From contig OZ316898.1 in NCBI GenBank assembly GCA_973895155.1, positions 20,595,292-20,659,291 of the forward strand: a stretch of 64,000 nucleotides of DNA. Reading direction: 5' to 3'. The position numbers and the translations under genes were made by a program. The first letter of the stretch is position 1. Each line of letters starts with the position of its first letter. This stretch comes from Marsupella aquatica (taxonomy: Eukaryota > Plantae > Marchantiophyta). Under the pieces are notes generated by a model, which did not search any database, was not told where the DNA came from, and was given only the letters and a program-made list of their open reading frames with translations. Positions 38,191 to 49,600 of this stretch are shown one piece after another.

Positions 38191-39531
38191 TCAGGTAGCA
38201 CGTGGAGCACAGGAAGGGCAAAACCATAACCCTTCTGGCACCTGGGTAAGTTCAGGCCGAAGGCAGAAAAGATGGTACCCTCCATTGCAATTGTCACACA
38301 GCAGCATCTGGTCAGCATCATCAATTCGCAAACACACTTTGCAAGGGTAGTCCACAGGTGGAATCCAAGTAGAAGTCACAATGGTGGGATCCAGGTTAGG
38401 CAGATGACAAGGGGTGCAATTCTTGGCATTGTCAGCAATTGTGCGCCCATCTGCCCCTTGTAACTCTAGCACTCCAGACGGTCGAATAGCTTTGACCCTG
38501 AGAATAGTGCGACTGGTAGAGGTGTCCAGGGTGTCGTTAGCTTGCCGCTGCAAGTACACAAAATCTCCCACTTCAAACTTCTTGACCTTGGGCTGAAAAG
38601 TGCCCCCTCGTGTGTGTGCATAACGTAGTGTGTCCCTGTGCTGGGCAATGGCCAAATTCTCCATGGCCATGGGCATAACCCTCCTGAATAGGGCAGCCCT
38701 CTCAGAGATCACATCAGACCAAGTCACAGCTGAATCCAAGTCCACCACCTGAAGTATGTGAGAAGCAATAGCAGAAGGTGGAATTGGGTGACGACCAAAC
38801 AACAAGAAGTAGGGAGAAAAGTTAGACAGTGATGCATGTCTAGACATCCTATACCCCATGGCAATGTAGGGTAAGGCCAGGTCCCAATCCTCCTTGTTTT
38901 TGGTGAGGCAGATCTTCCAAAGGCCCTTCTTGCATGTCTGAACCATGCGCTCTGCCAAGCCATCTGCCTGTGGGTGATCTCATGATGTCCGGCGATGATC
39001 AATGAGAGCCTGATCAAGCAGCTCCTGGAACTCTCCTCTAAACTCTGAGCCCTGGTCAGTGAGACATTCTGCACAAGCTCCAAAGCGGCTTAGAACTTGT
39101 TGTAGGAATGCCTGGCTGGTGCTACGGGAGGTCTTATCCGGCAATGCCACAAGTTCTATCCACTTGGAGAAATGCTCTATCATGATCATGATGTAGAGAT
39201 TACCCCGAGATGTGAGGGGTAATTCTCCAGCCAAATCACATGACCAACGATAAAACATGCCCTGAATAGGGAGTGGATGAAGTGTGGGTTGCCGAGATGT
39301 GAAAGAAGTCCTTACCCTATCACACTGCTCACACCGGGCAATAACATCTCGAACCTGGCCATGCATGCCTCTCCAATGATAATGGGGGACCAAGAGGCTA
39401 TAAGTCCTCTTAACACCAAAATGACCAAGCTCAGAATGTACCTTACGGATAAGGCCAACCCTCTCATGAATGGGTGGAACCACCACTTCCCTGTCTGGCA
39501 AGCAGCGGACAAGATGATCTCCCTTCCACAA
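38191..39531 (-). pseudogene. Gypsy integrase (HHCC + DDE) with C-terminal PHD finger
   Basis: HSELGHFG...CEQC, WSCDLAG, TDQGSEF, HPQADGLAERMVQ, FEVGDFVYL, then CKVCLRIDDADQMLLCDNCNGGYHLFCLRPELTQVPEGLWFCPSC (C4HC3). In-frame TGA at 38980. Confidence 0.92.
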
Positions 39532-39564
39532 GTAGCGCTTGGACCTTTGCTGAATTTGGTCTCT

Positions 39565-41180
39565 CTAGGCAGCAGTAACATGGGTGGGGTACTCCCCATC
39601 CTGCAGAAATCTCAGAGTGTCGCTGTCCTCCCATATGTTCACCACAGGTTGGTCAACGATGTAGCATGGTAGCAAAGCAAGATAGGTAGATGCATGAAAT
39701 GTAGGCAGGATGGAAACCTGGTCAAAATCCTGCCGTGCATCTGAGGGATCATCAGAGGCAATCAAAGGGCTGCGGGACATAGTGTCAGCATTTTGATGTG
39801 TCACACCAGGCCTATGAATTACCTCAAAATCATACTCCTGGAGTATGAGTGCCCAACGAGCAAGCTTGCAAGTAAGCTTGTCGTTGGTCATCAACCACTT
39901 CAAGGGCTGGTGGTCGGTGTAGAGAACAAACCTGGTCCCATAGAGGTAGGGCCTATAATGTATGACAGCCCACACAACAGCAAGGCATTCACCCTCATAA
40001 GAAGAATAATGACTCTCTGCCTGATTGTTGCTCCTGGATGCATAGGCAATGACGTACTCTTTACCTTCCTCATCATGCTGGCCCATAATGGCACCAATCC
40101 CAAGGGCACTCCAATCCGAGCTCCAATCTGTGTGTAGCACAAAGACCTTGCTGAAATTAGGTCTTCTCAGCACCGGGTATTCTGAGAGCTTTTCCTTCAA
40201 AGTGGCAAATGCTGCCTCAGCATCTGTACTCCATGTCCAAGTCACATTCTTTTTCAACAAAGCATACAATGGGTGTGCAATGGTACTGAAATCTTTGATG
40301 TAGATCCGGTAGTAATTGCACAACCCAATAAAACTCCTCAAAGTGTGAACATCGGTAGGAGTGGGCATTTCCAAGATGGATACCACCTTGGCCCAGTGAG
40401 CCATGGTTCCATTTGGAAGAATGCGATGCCCAAGATATACTACTGATCTGACAGCAAATTCACACTTCTTGGGGTGTATCTTTAGGTTCACCTTCTTAAG
40501 CCTCATGAATAGCTCCTCAAGGTCAAGTAGATGCTGGTCAAATCCTTTGTTGTGGACCAACACATCATCAATGTAGCATTTCAGAAACTCAGCACCTTGA
40601 AGAACCTGGTCCATGACTCTTTGAAAGAATATGGGCGCATTCTTCAAGCCAAATGGCATCACCAACCACTCCCATAGTTGGTTACTACCATGGAAAGCTG
40701 TTTTCTTGCGGTCCTTTGCAAGCAGCAAAATCTGGTTGAAGCCTTGCCTTAGATCCACAAGAGTGAAGATGTCTGAGTCTCCAATGCTGTCAAATAGCTC
40801 CTCTGGCCGCGGCATGGGGTACCTATCCTGGGGTGTGACCAGGTTCAATGGCCTGTAGTCCCCACACATGCGCTTCTCTGTCCACAATCCACTGGAATCC
40901 TTCTTTGCTGGCATCACTGTAGCTGCCGCAAAATCTGATGTAGATGGCTGAATAAGACCAGCTTCATAAAGCTTTTGGCACCTATCATCCACCAGCTACC
41001 ACTCATGCTTACTCAAACGGTGTCTCCGCCTGAAGATAGGTGTTTCATCAGCCAACTCAATGGAGAACTGCATAGTCTTGCACTTACCCAAGTCCTTCAT
41101 AGAGAAAGCAAACACATTCTCATGCTTGAGGAGCAAATTCAGCAGCTGGTCCTTCTGTCTTTTACTCAGGTGGTTGCCCA
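39565..41180 (-). pseudogene. Gypsy reverse transcriptase + RNase H
   Basis: RMCGDYRPLN, DLRQGFNQI, MPFGLKNAP, YIDD, LRSFIGLCNYYR, HTDWS, YSSYEGECLAVVWA, TDHQPL. In-frame stops at 40996 and 39565. Confidence 0.95.
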
Positions 41181-41539
41181 TGATAAATGTGTAGTTGGCA
41201 ACACTAGGAATAGGACCTGATGTACTCATGCTTGAAGAGCCAGAAGTGCCAGCCTCTCCATTGTCCAAGCTGCTAGCATGCTGCTGATAAGGTGATGAGG
41301 CCTCTCCAAGGCCTGTTGTACCTGCTGATCCGAAGTGGTCCACACCATGAAACTCAGAAATAATGTCAGCCGCATTACAAGGGACCTCCTCCCCCCAACA
41401 CTTGGACTGAAGTGGTGAGTGTTGGACAGAGGTAAGTGCACCTGGTCTGGATGCCATGCAGTGGCACTGTGGAGTGGTAGGACTGGAGCTCCTAATGCTG
41501 GAGGAATGTACATCTGAAAAAGGATGCAAGTGACCAGAA

Positions 41540-42480
41540 GCCAAGTGAGAGCATTGAGATCCATTACCCTGCCAAGTAAAGCATTCCTGGCTAGCCTGGT
41601 GATTTTGGTGTGACCTGTAGTACCGGGTTGGAAGCCCATAGCTCGTTCTCTCTCCTCAGGACTAGGTTCATCCCATGTACCGGTAGAATGTCGATAAACC
41701 AGACCAGGATCATCACCCTGAAAAGCATGTGCACCTGGAAAGGACACAAATGTAGGCCAAGCAGCACGGGGTTGTCCAATGGTATTGGCTGGATTCTAAG
41801 GTGCTGGCTCTTGCCGTGTAACTGGTTGGCAAGAACTGTCAAGATCCAAAATCTGGTCCACTATGAGGTTAGTGTCCCTGGATGTGTGGTGAAGAGCTAA
41901 CTCCAACAAGGAAGGTGGTGCAAGGTTAGTCCAAAAGTTACGAAGACGATGTGCATAAGAACCACAATGCACTGCATCAATGAGAAGGGGTGGTCCCAAG
42001 TAGTGTTGGACCACACTGAAATCCTCTTTGACCTATGGACGCTGGTCAAACTGAGATGGAGTATTCTCAATGATATAACCAACAACAGGATAAAGGGATT
42101 GAGTCCAGGTGAGAATCTGAACCAATGCTGTGAAAAGGCCAGAACGAGAATCATGCAGCCCAGCACCGTGACCAGCAGCTGAAAACCCTTGGCATTCCCA
42201 ACCAGCTATGATCAAATCAAGGGAGCCAAGAAGGGTTAAGTGCCGATGCTGGACAAGCTAGATATCAGGAGAAAAGAAAGAAAATGCAGACTTCCATGCA
42301 CTGTGTGGAAACTGCTGGGGAAATCGCTCTGAAAATTCCAGCAGACGAGATTCAGCCACTTGCCTTGCACCTGGATCAATATCCACATAGATGTACTGCT
42401 TCACCACCATGCCAGACTGTAGGAGAGCTTCCAGGCCTGTAGAAATGCCACCAAAAAGCTCAAGCAATGTAAGGCCATCT
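41540..42480 (-). pseudogene. C5 cytosine DNA methyltransferase domain (DNMT3/DRM-like) embedded in the Gypsy pol
   Basis: One reading frame across TAG stops at 42258, 42033 and 41796. Motif I LELFGGI, II VDID, IV IAGWECQGFS, V DSRSGLF, VI IIENT, VIII IDA...AHRLRNFWTNL, IX ERERAMGFQPGTT, X RNALLGRVM. Confidence 0.88.
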
Positions 42481-42759
42481 GAAGGAGGAGTCCATGTAAC
42501 TGGTGCGCTCAAGATTGGGGCTATTGGTTGTCCATTATGCTGCCCAAGGTCCTCAAATTTGTGCAATGCAGCCACCAAAGGTCCATGGGCTGCTTGGAGC
42601 CGTTGTACCACCTCTGGTTGATGATCCACGTTGCTGGAAAGTGCTGCTATACGTGCAACAGCATGTGCAGTAGCCACCTCATCATCATCCTCCTCAATCC
42701 AATCTTGCAATGGGTGGTTGACATAGGTAGCTGCACGTGCACTACTTTCAACACACAGT

Positions 42760-43717
42760 GGTGAGCCATAGGTGTATGGACACCATGCAAATCAAGTGGA
42801 ATGTAGCCCAAGTGTGAGCCATCTGTATGCCAATCAACTCTGTAGTATGCATGCTCGTGCCAGTTGTCAATGGTAAAAACCGGTGGGAACAAAGCCTCCT
42901 GGCCAATGAGCACATCATACGTAGTGGCATTGGTAACCAAACATCTAACTGGGAAATGCAGTTCCTGATCTGTACCTCCATTAAAAGTGAGAGTGAGTAA
43001 AGTAGAACTCTCACCCAGCACATCCTCCACAGTGCCACTAGCAGTCCGAATGTGCCACCTGGATTGCTGTAAATGATCAGTCAGCAGTCCCATCTTCTTG
43101 GCAAATTGAATGCCCAAGATTACTGGTTGAGCGTCTGTGTCTAGCATGACCACTGGAGGAGTGTGACCCTCCAACTTGACTACTGAATTCCTGTTGTCAA
43201 CAATGGCAATGGTGGTGGAAACTAAAGTCCTGTCACTAGGCACCACTTTTGGCAAATGATGAGGTACCTTGTGAAGGGAGTTAGTGTCCACGGTCTTCCC
43301 ACTCAACAGCATAGCCAGGAAAGATGGAGCAGCATGACCAGAATCAAGTGTAGCTCTGGTCACCCAATCTGCAGCAATACTGTCATCTCTACCACTGGAA
43401 ATCGGTACTGGGATGGCCAAACCAGTGGAAGCATGCAATGGAGAAGAAGAAGGTCCAGTATTTACATGAGATTGGACCTCCAAAACCGGTGTCACAGGGG
43501 CTGATGAAGAATGCAGTGAGCCCTCTAGCGCTCTGATGACAGCTCTAGCATCCAGTTGTAAATCATGGCAACTGAAAAGTGGAGTGGTAAGAATCCTTTG
43601 TGCCATACCGGAGGTGAAATGCTCAAGCAGCTCAGGAAAAACAACTCCCTGTGAAATGTCAGCAGCACCTGGTGGTGGAATGGATGTAGCTGTAGCTCCC
43701 TCCCCCCTCGCCAACAA
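42760..43717 (-). pseudogene. Gypsy aspartic protease region
   Basis: VMLDTDAQPVILG (DTG mutated to DTD), IRTASG flap, YDVLIGQEAL. Frameshift to the methyltransferase frame near 42750. Confidence 0.8.
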
Positions 43718-43995
43718 GGTGCGCTCTTCAGCAAGTGTGAGTGGCTAAAAAGATTGGGGCATGACAGCCCGAGCTCCCCTGGCTCTAGTCATAGGACCAG
43801 CAGCAAGACCATCAGCTTGTACAATGCGGCGTGTGGGAGCAATACGGGAGGTAGCACTGGCCTGCTGGTAAGCAAAATAGGAAGGGCATAATGAATCTGA
43901 AAATTCTGCTGTAAGGCCAGGTTGTGTAGTAGAGGACAACACACACTCACCCATATGAGCATCAAATGGCAAGCCATAGAAAGAGCGGGGTATGG

Positions 43996-44434
43996 TGTTG
44001 GGTATTTACTCTTACGTCTAGGTTAGGTATGACGTGGTTGGTACAACTACGTGGTTAGGTACAACTACGTGATTAGGTACAACTATGTGGTTAGGTACAA
44101 CTACGTGATTAGGTACAACTATGTGGTTAGGTACAACTACGTGATTAGGTACAACTATGTGGTTAGGTACAACTAAGTTGCACACTATATCATAAGAGGC
44201 ATGTGTGCTTGGAGAGGTAGAACCAAGGCTCATTGTTATGGAGCCACTTGAGAGATAGGGAGAGCTTACACTGTGGAGACTCGGTATAGCCGACGGGCTT
44301 AGAGTTCAGTAAAGCTCTCTTGTGTGTTCCCGTGGACGTAGCCTCAAGGAGGTGAACCACGTATCTCTTGTGTCGACTATTGTGCGTTGGATGGTTCATG
44401 GGCTTGCCGTTGCGATCGTCGTCTATGCTCAACA
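43996..44434 (+). repeat. Copia 5' LTR with 18-bp tandem array
   Basis: TGTTGGG...CTCAACA. GTACAACTA(C/T)GTG(G/A)TTAG repeats at about 44041-44175. A TATA-like TATATCATA follows. Confidence 0.95.
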
Positions 44435-44436
44435 AT

Positions 44437-44448
44437 TGGTATCAGAGC
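44437..44448 (+). other. Primer-binding site (tRNA-iMet)
   Basis: TGGTATCAGAGC lies 2 nt after the 5' LTR. Confidence 0.93.
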
Positions 44449-45589
44449 ATGCTTGGGAGGTGACGTGTGTTCGTGACGGGATTTCATGACGGTTTTTCCA
44501 GCGTTGAGTGTTGGTGGATTTTCCAGAGTTCCATCGCATGGAACTTGGAGTTTATGGGCTCAACGGATAGATCAGGGCAAGAGCTTTCTAACGGTGTGAA
44601 GAAATCGTTGAACGGAGCTCGTGGTGCATAGAGATCTAAGTTTTCGTCGTTCTGGATTTTGTGAAGAAAGTTGGCAATCGACTCGGAGGGAGAAGCATCA
44701 AGTGTTTTGACTCAACGGAGAGATTGAGGCAAGACGATTGTTTTTGAGTCCGGGATTGGCTCTTTGATGCAAAGAGGAAGGCTAAGCAAAATCAATTACC
44801 TTGTTGGACTTGGTGACGGCACCAAGTGCAATTGATCAACATTCGTTGTTGACAAGGTACCATTTTTTTCTCTTTGAAAAACTGATTCGAAATTGGCTAT
44901 GGCAATTGAGAGAAATCTGTCATCTTTACCAATTTTTTTCTCTCTCGTTCTTTCCTCGTTTTGGGTGCTTCTTATATCGATCTTCATCGCCTCGGAGTCT
45001 AGTTTCCAAATCTGAAATCGGATCTTGATTTCGTCAAAACCCGAGTGAGATATCTTGCGTTTGGTGTCGAGGGGTACATTCTGCCGTGTGTATTTTCTGC
45101 GCGCGCGACCAGATTTCGACGACGAAGGGTGGTAGGGGGTTTTGGGGGTTCGAGGACACATGTCAGCCCCTCGATTGTTCTTCCAAAATTCCCACAGGGC
45201 CTGTACAAGGGTCATAGAATATTCCAAAAAAACCAGAGAGCTATTTTTTGATCGTCCGACAAAGATTTCATCCGCCGAACGGTAACTTTTTTGGTTATTT
45301 TTCGGCGAGGTCGTAGCCATTGAAGTTGGCAATGCAGCGCACCAATCACATCGCAATTCCGACAATGGGTTGTACTTGGTATTTCGGTTATTCCCTGAGG
45401 TGGTCAAAACGGGGGAGTTTCCCAAGGTTTTACCCACCTCGACCGAAATTTGAATAACTTTTCCGTCAAATTTCGATTTTGATTTTGGTTTTCAGTATTG
45501 GACTCCTAGCTTTGTGGGCTACGCGGCGATGTTGAGTTTCGAGTTTTTTGAGAAGTTGTGAAAAACAACATTTTTTGTGACTTTCTCAT

Positions 45590-46624
45590 ATGAGTGATTC
45601 GGAGGAGTTTTTCGAAGACGTGGAACTTGAAGCACGAGGATCACCGCGGAGGTTTCAGGGGCAGAGAGAGGAGCAGGAGGAAGAGCACGTGACACCGATA
45701 CCATCACCGGTGCGGCGTGTGGTGGAGGAAGCAGTACTACTACCGGAGCTCACGGTAAAGAAGAAGATGGGGACTTTCAAGCTTGGGGGACCCAAGTATG
45801 AAGTGACAAAGTATGATGGGCGCTCTGACTACTTGCTATGGGAGAAGTAGGTGAAGGGAGTGCTTTATGCGTCAGGGATGGGCCAACTGCTGAGCCCTCG
45901 TGAAGACGATGTTGATGAGAAACAATGGGACCGCATGCAGGAGCAGGGAGTGTGGTGTGTTACACTCTATCTCATGCCTCCCATCATCAAGCAGTTAGGT
46001 GCACATAAGGATTGCATGTCCTTGTTTGCGGAATTACAGAGCAAGTATCACCGCAAGGAGTTGTCGAACCGGCTCTACACTTCCTACAAACTGATGAGTT
46101 TCAGGATGAAGGAATCTGGTACGAAGTTGCAAGACCATGTGGATGCTTTCAACGACATGGTCGTTGACTTGGAAAACCTTGGGGAGACTTTGAATGATGA
46201 GACGAAGGCTCTGCAGCTTCTTAGTTCATTGCCTCCATCTTACCAGTCCCTATCACGAGTGTTGTTGCATCGTGATAGGGATACCATTTCATACAATGAC
46301 GTGGTAAGTTCTCTGCTTAGTGATGATCTTCAGCAGAAGATGCACATCACGTCACAGCCTTCATCATCTGGTGCTGCCCTCAATGTCAACCGTGGGAGGA
46401 GTATGCAGCGACCAACTGGGGACCGTAGAACCCAGTTTAGATCTAAATCCAGATCTAAGTCCAAGGGTAAATCCCCTCAGAGGAGGCAGGTGACATGTTG
46501 GAAGTGCAACCAAGTTGGACACTTCAAGCGAGACTGTAAGGGAAAGGCAGCGGAAACTTCATCGGCAAATGTGGTTAGGGCTGATGGAGAAGCTGATTTA
46601 CTCAATGATGAGTATGTTTTATGA
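45590..46624 (+). pseudogene. Copia gag (UBN2-like + CCHC zinc knuckle) with one internal stop
   Basis: KYDGRSDYLLWEK*VKGVL, LLSSLPPSY, CWKCNQVGHFKRDC. TAG at 45848-45850 and TGA at 46622-46624. Confidence 0.88.
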
Positions 46625-49600
46625 AGCCGGAGGTATACCCTGTGCACGTCATCTAGGAGAGCAGATGATGTGTGGATTCTTGATTGTGCTTGCTCTTTTC
46701 ATATTTGTTACATTCGTGAGTTTTTCAGTTCTTACTCTGTTTCAAACGGTTCAGTTCTGATGGGAAATGATCACTCCTGTCAAATTGAGGGAATTGGGTC
46801 TGTGAAGATTCAAATGTTTGATGGCGCTGTGCGCACAGTGTCCGGAGTCAGGTATGTACCTGGCATGCGTAAGAATCTGATTTCACTCGGTGTGTTGGAT
46901 TCAAATGGTCATCAATGGAGCGTTATTGATGGTGAACTTCAAGTCAGGTCGGGAGAGACAGTGATTTTGAAGGGGAGTAGACAAAAGAATTTGTATGTGT
47001 TACAGGGCAATACTGTATGTGGAGAGGCCAATGTAACCAAGTCTCACGAGGAGATGACTCAACTGTGGCATTCACGGCTAGGCCACATGAGTGAGAAGGG
47101 TTTGGCTATCTTACGGAAGAATGGACTCATTTCTGATTTGCAATCTTGTAAATTAGAGTTTTGTGAGCATTGCATTCTTGGAAAGCAGCATCGTCGTGCT
47201 TTTGGTGTTGGAACTCATCGTTCCAAAGCGGTTCTTGAGTACATACATAGTGACGTGTGGGGTCCATCCCCGACTCCCTCACACTCTGGAAAGTTGTACT
47301 ATGTATCATTTATTGATGATTACTCAAGATTTGTGTGGATTTATTTCATGACGCATAAGTCTGATGTCTTGTCCATTTTTAAGAAGTGGAAGGCCCAGGT
47401 GGAGAATCAGACTGGAAACACGATCAAGTGTTTGGATACAAGGGTGAAGAGTCTGAGGTCAGACAACGGCGGGGAGTACACTTCAATGGAATTTGAAGAG
47501 TACTGTTCAGAACAGGGGATAACTCGCCATCTCACCACAGTTTATACTCCGCAGCAGAATGGTGTCGCTGAGAGGCTCAATCGGACACTGTTGGAGCGGT
47601 CACGGAGTATGTTGAGCCAATCAGGTTTACCACAAGAATTTTGGGCAGAAGCTGTCAATACCGCAGCTTATTTGGTAAATCTTTCTCCTTCTAGTGCTAT
47701 CAATTTCAAAACGCCGTTTGAGATGCGCTATAAGCGGCAAGCAGACTATCATGGCTTGGTAATTTTTGGAAGTGATGCATATGCTCTCACACCAAAGCAG
47801 AATAGGACCAAGTTGGATCCTACCTCCAGGAAATGTGTTTTTCTTGGGTACCAGAGTGGTGTGAAAGCCTATAGGCTATGGGATCCTATTGCCTGTAAGC
47901 TCGTTGTCAGTAGGGATGTTTCCTTCAATGAATCCAGATTATTGAAGGAGGGGGAGAATACTCAGGTCTCCCGTACTGACAAAGGAAAATCTCCTATCCC
48001 GGATCTCGTTGAGGGGGAGATTGGTTATGAGGTGCATGACCGGAGAGAAGGAGTTGCTCCAATTATGGAGCTGGTTCCTGTGCCAGAGGAACCAGAGGAG
48101 TTTGTTGATGCTGGTGAGCAACAAGTGGATGCTGTTGAGCTTCAAATTGTACCAGCACACACAGATCAACCGGAGTCATCGGCTAGAAGAACATCTGGTC
48201 GCACTGTACGCGCTCCATCAAGGTATGGACAGTGGGTTGATTCATCTCAACTGCAAGAGGATGATTTTACAGCTGATGATGAGGGTGATGCGTTAATTTT
48301 GGAAGAAGGAGAACCTTCTTCATTTCATGAGGCAAGTGCTTCAAAAGAGAAGCAGAAGTGGACTGCAGTAATGCAAACGGAGATGCAGTCACTAAAGGAC
48401 AACAAAACTTGGGAGCTTGTTAAGCTGCCTAAGGGTCAGCAAGTGGTGGACAGCAAGTGGATTTACAAGCTGAAGGATAATTCCATAGGAGGTGGATCGA
48501 AGGTCTACAAGGCTAGATTGGTAGCAAAGGGATTCACACAAGAGAAAGGTGTGGATTACAATGAGGTCTTCTCACCAGTTGCTAAGTACTCTACAATACA
48601 ACTATTGTGTGTACTTGTTGTAATGTTTGGTCTGCTCCTAGATCAGATGGATGTTGTCACAGCTTTCCTCTATGGCACATTGGAAGAGGTGATCTTCATG
48701 AGACAACCGCTAGGTTTTGTGAAGAGAGGACAGAAGGAATTGGTTTGCAGATTGCTGAAATCCTTGTATGGGTTGAAGCAGTCACCAAGACAGTGGAACA
48801 AGCGGTTTGACGATTGGATTCGGTCACAAGGTTTTCACAGAAGTGTATTTGACCCTTGTGTGTATTTGAAACCGGTGAAGAATGTTGTCTTTGGGTTCAT
48901 TGTTTTAGTACTTTATGTGGATGACATGCTAATTGCAGCCAAGGATAGGTCTGAGATTGTTAAGCTCAAGGCACTGCTTAGTGCAGAGTTTAAGATGAAG
49001 GACTTAGGGCCAGCTAAGAGGATTTTGGGTATGAAGATCACTAGGGACTTGGAGGCTGGCAAGCTATGGTTGACGCAGAGCAGTTATGCGAGGAAGGTAA
49101 TTGCAAGGTTCAACATGGAGAATAGCAAGCCAGTAAGTACCCCGTTGGCTCCACACTTCAAGTTATCATCAGCGTTCTGTCCTACGGATGACACAGAGAA
49201 GGGGTTGATGTCAAAGGTTCCATATGACAAGGCAGTGGGGAGTCTCATGTATTTGATGACTTGCACTAGACCTGATCTTGCCATGGCTATGGGCAAGGTG
49301 AGCAGGTACATGTCGAATCCAGGGAAGGTACACTGGGAAGCAGTGAAGTGGATTATCAGGTACTTGAAGGGTACCGTGGATCATGGTCTTTTATTTGATG
49401 CGAATGCAAAGAATGCTAGATCATTGATTGGCTATGTAGATTCTGACTATGGACAAGATTTGGACCGAAGGAGATCAACAATAGGATACGTGTTCACACT
49501 TGGCGGTGGATGCATAAGTTGGAGGTCTACTTTGCAGAAGTGTATTGCTCAGTCTACTACAGAAGCGGAGTATGTTGCAGCTGCGGAAGCAGCAAAGGAA

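Noticed and set aside
41540-42480. Bacterial restriction-modification methylase or contamination
   Set aside because: The domain is embedded in the same orientation between the Gypsy protease and RT, shows the same decay pattern, and has no cognate endonuclease.
44034-44175. CRISPR-like appearance of short regular repeats
   Set aside because: There are no unique spacers, the repeats lie inside a eukaryotic LTR, and no cas genes are present.
44018-44233. ORF with VVPNH(I/V) repeats (also 50111-50326)
   Set aside because: It is the antisense translation of the 18-bp LTR tandem repeat, not a protein.
44796-45437. 213-aa antisense ORF in the Copia 5' leader
   Set aside because: No recognisable domain and a non-ATG start. 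It cannot be supported without conservation data.
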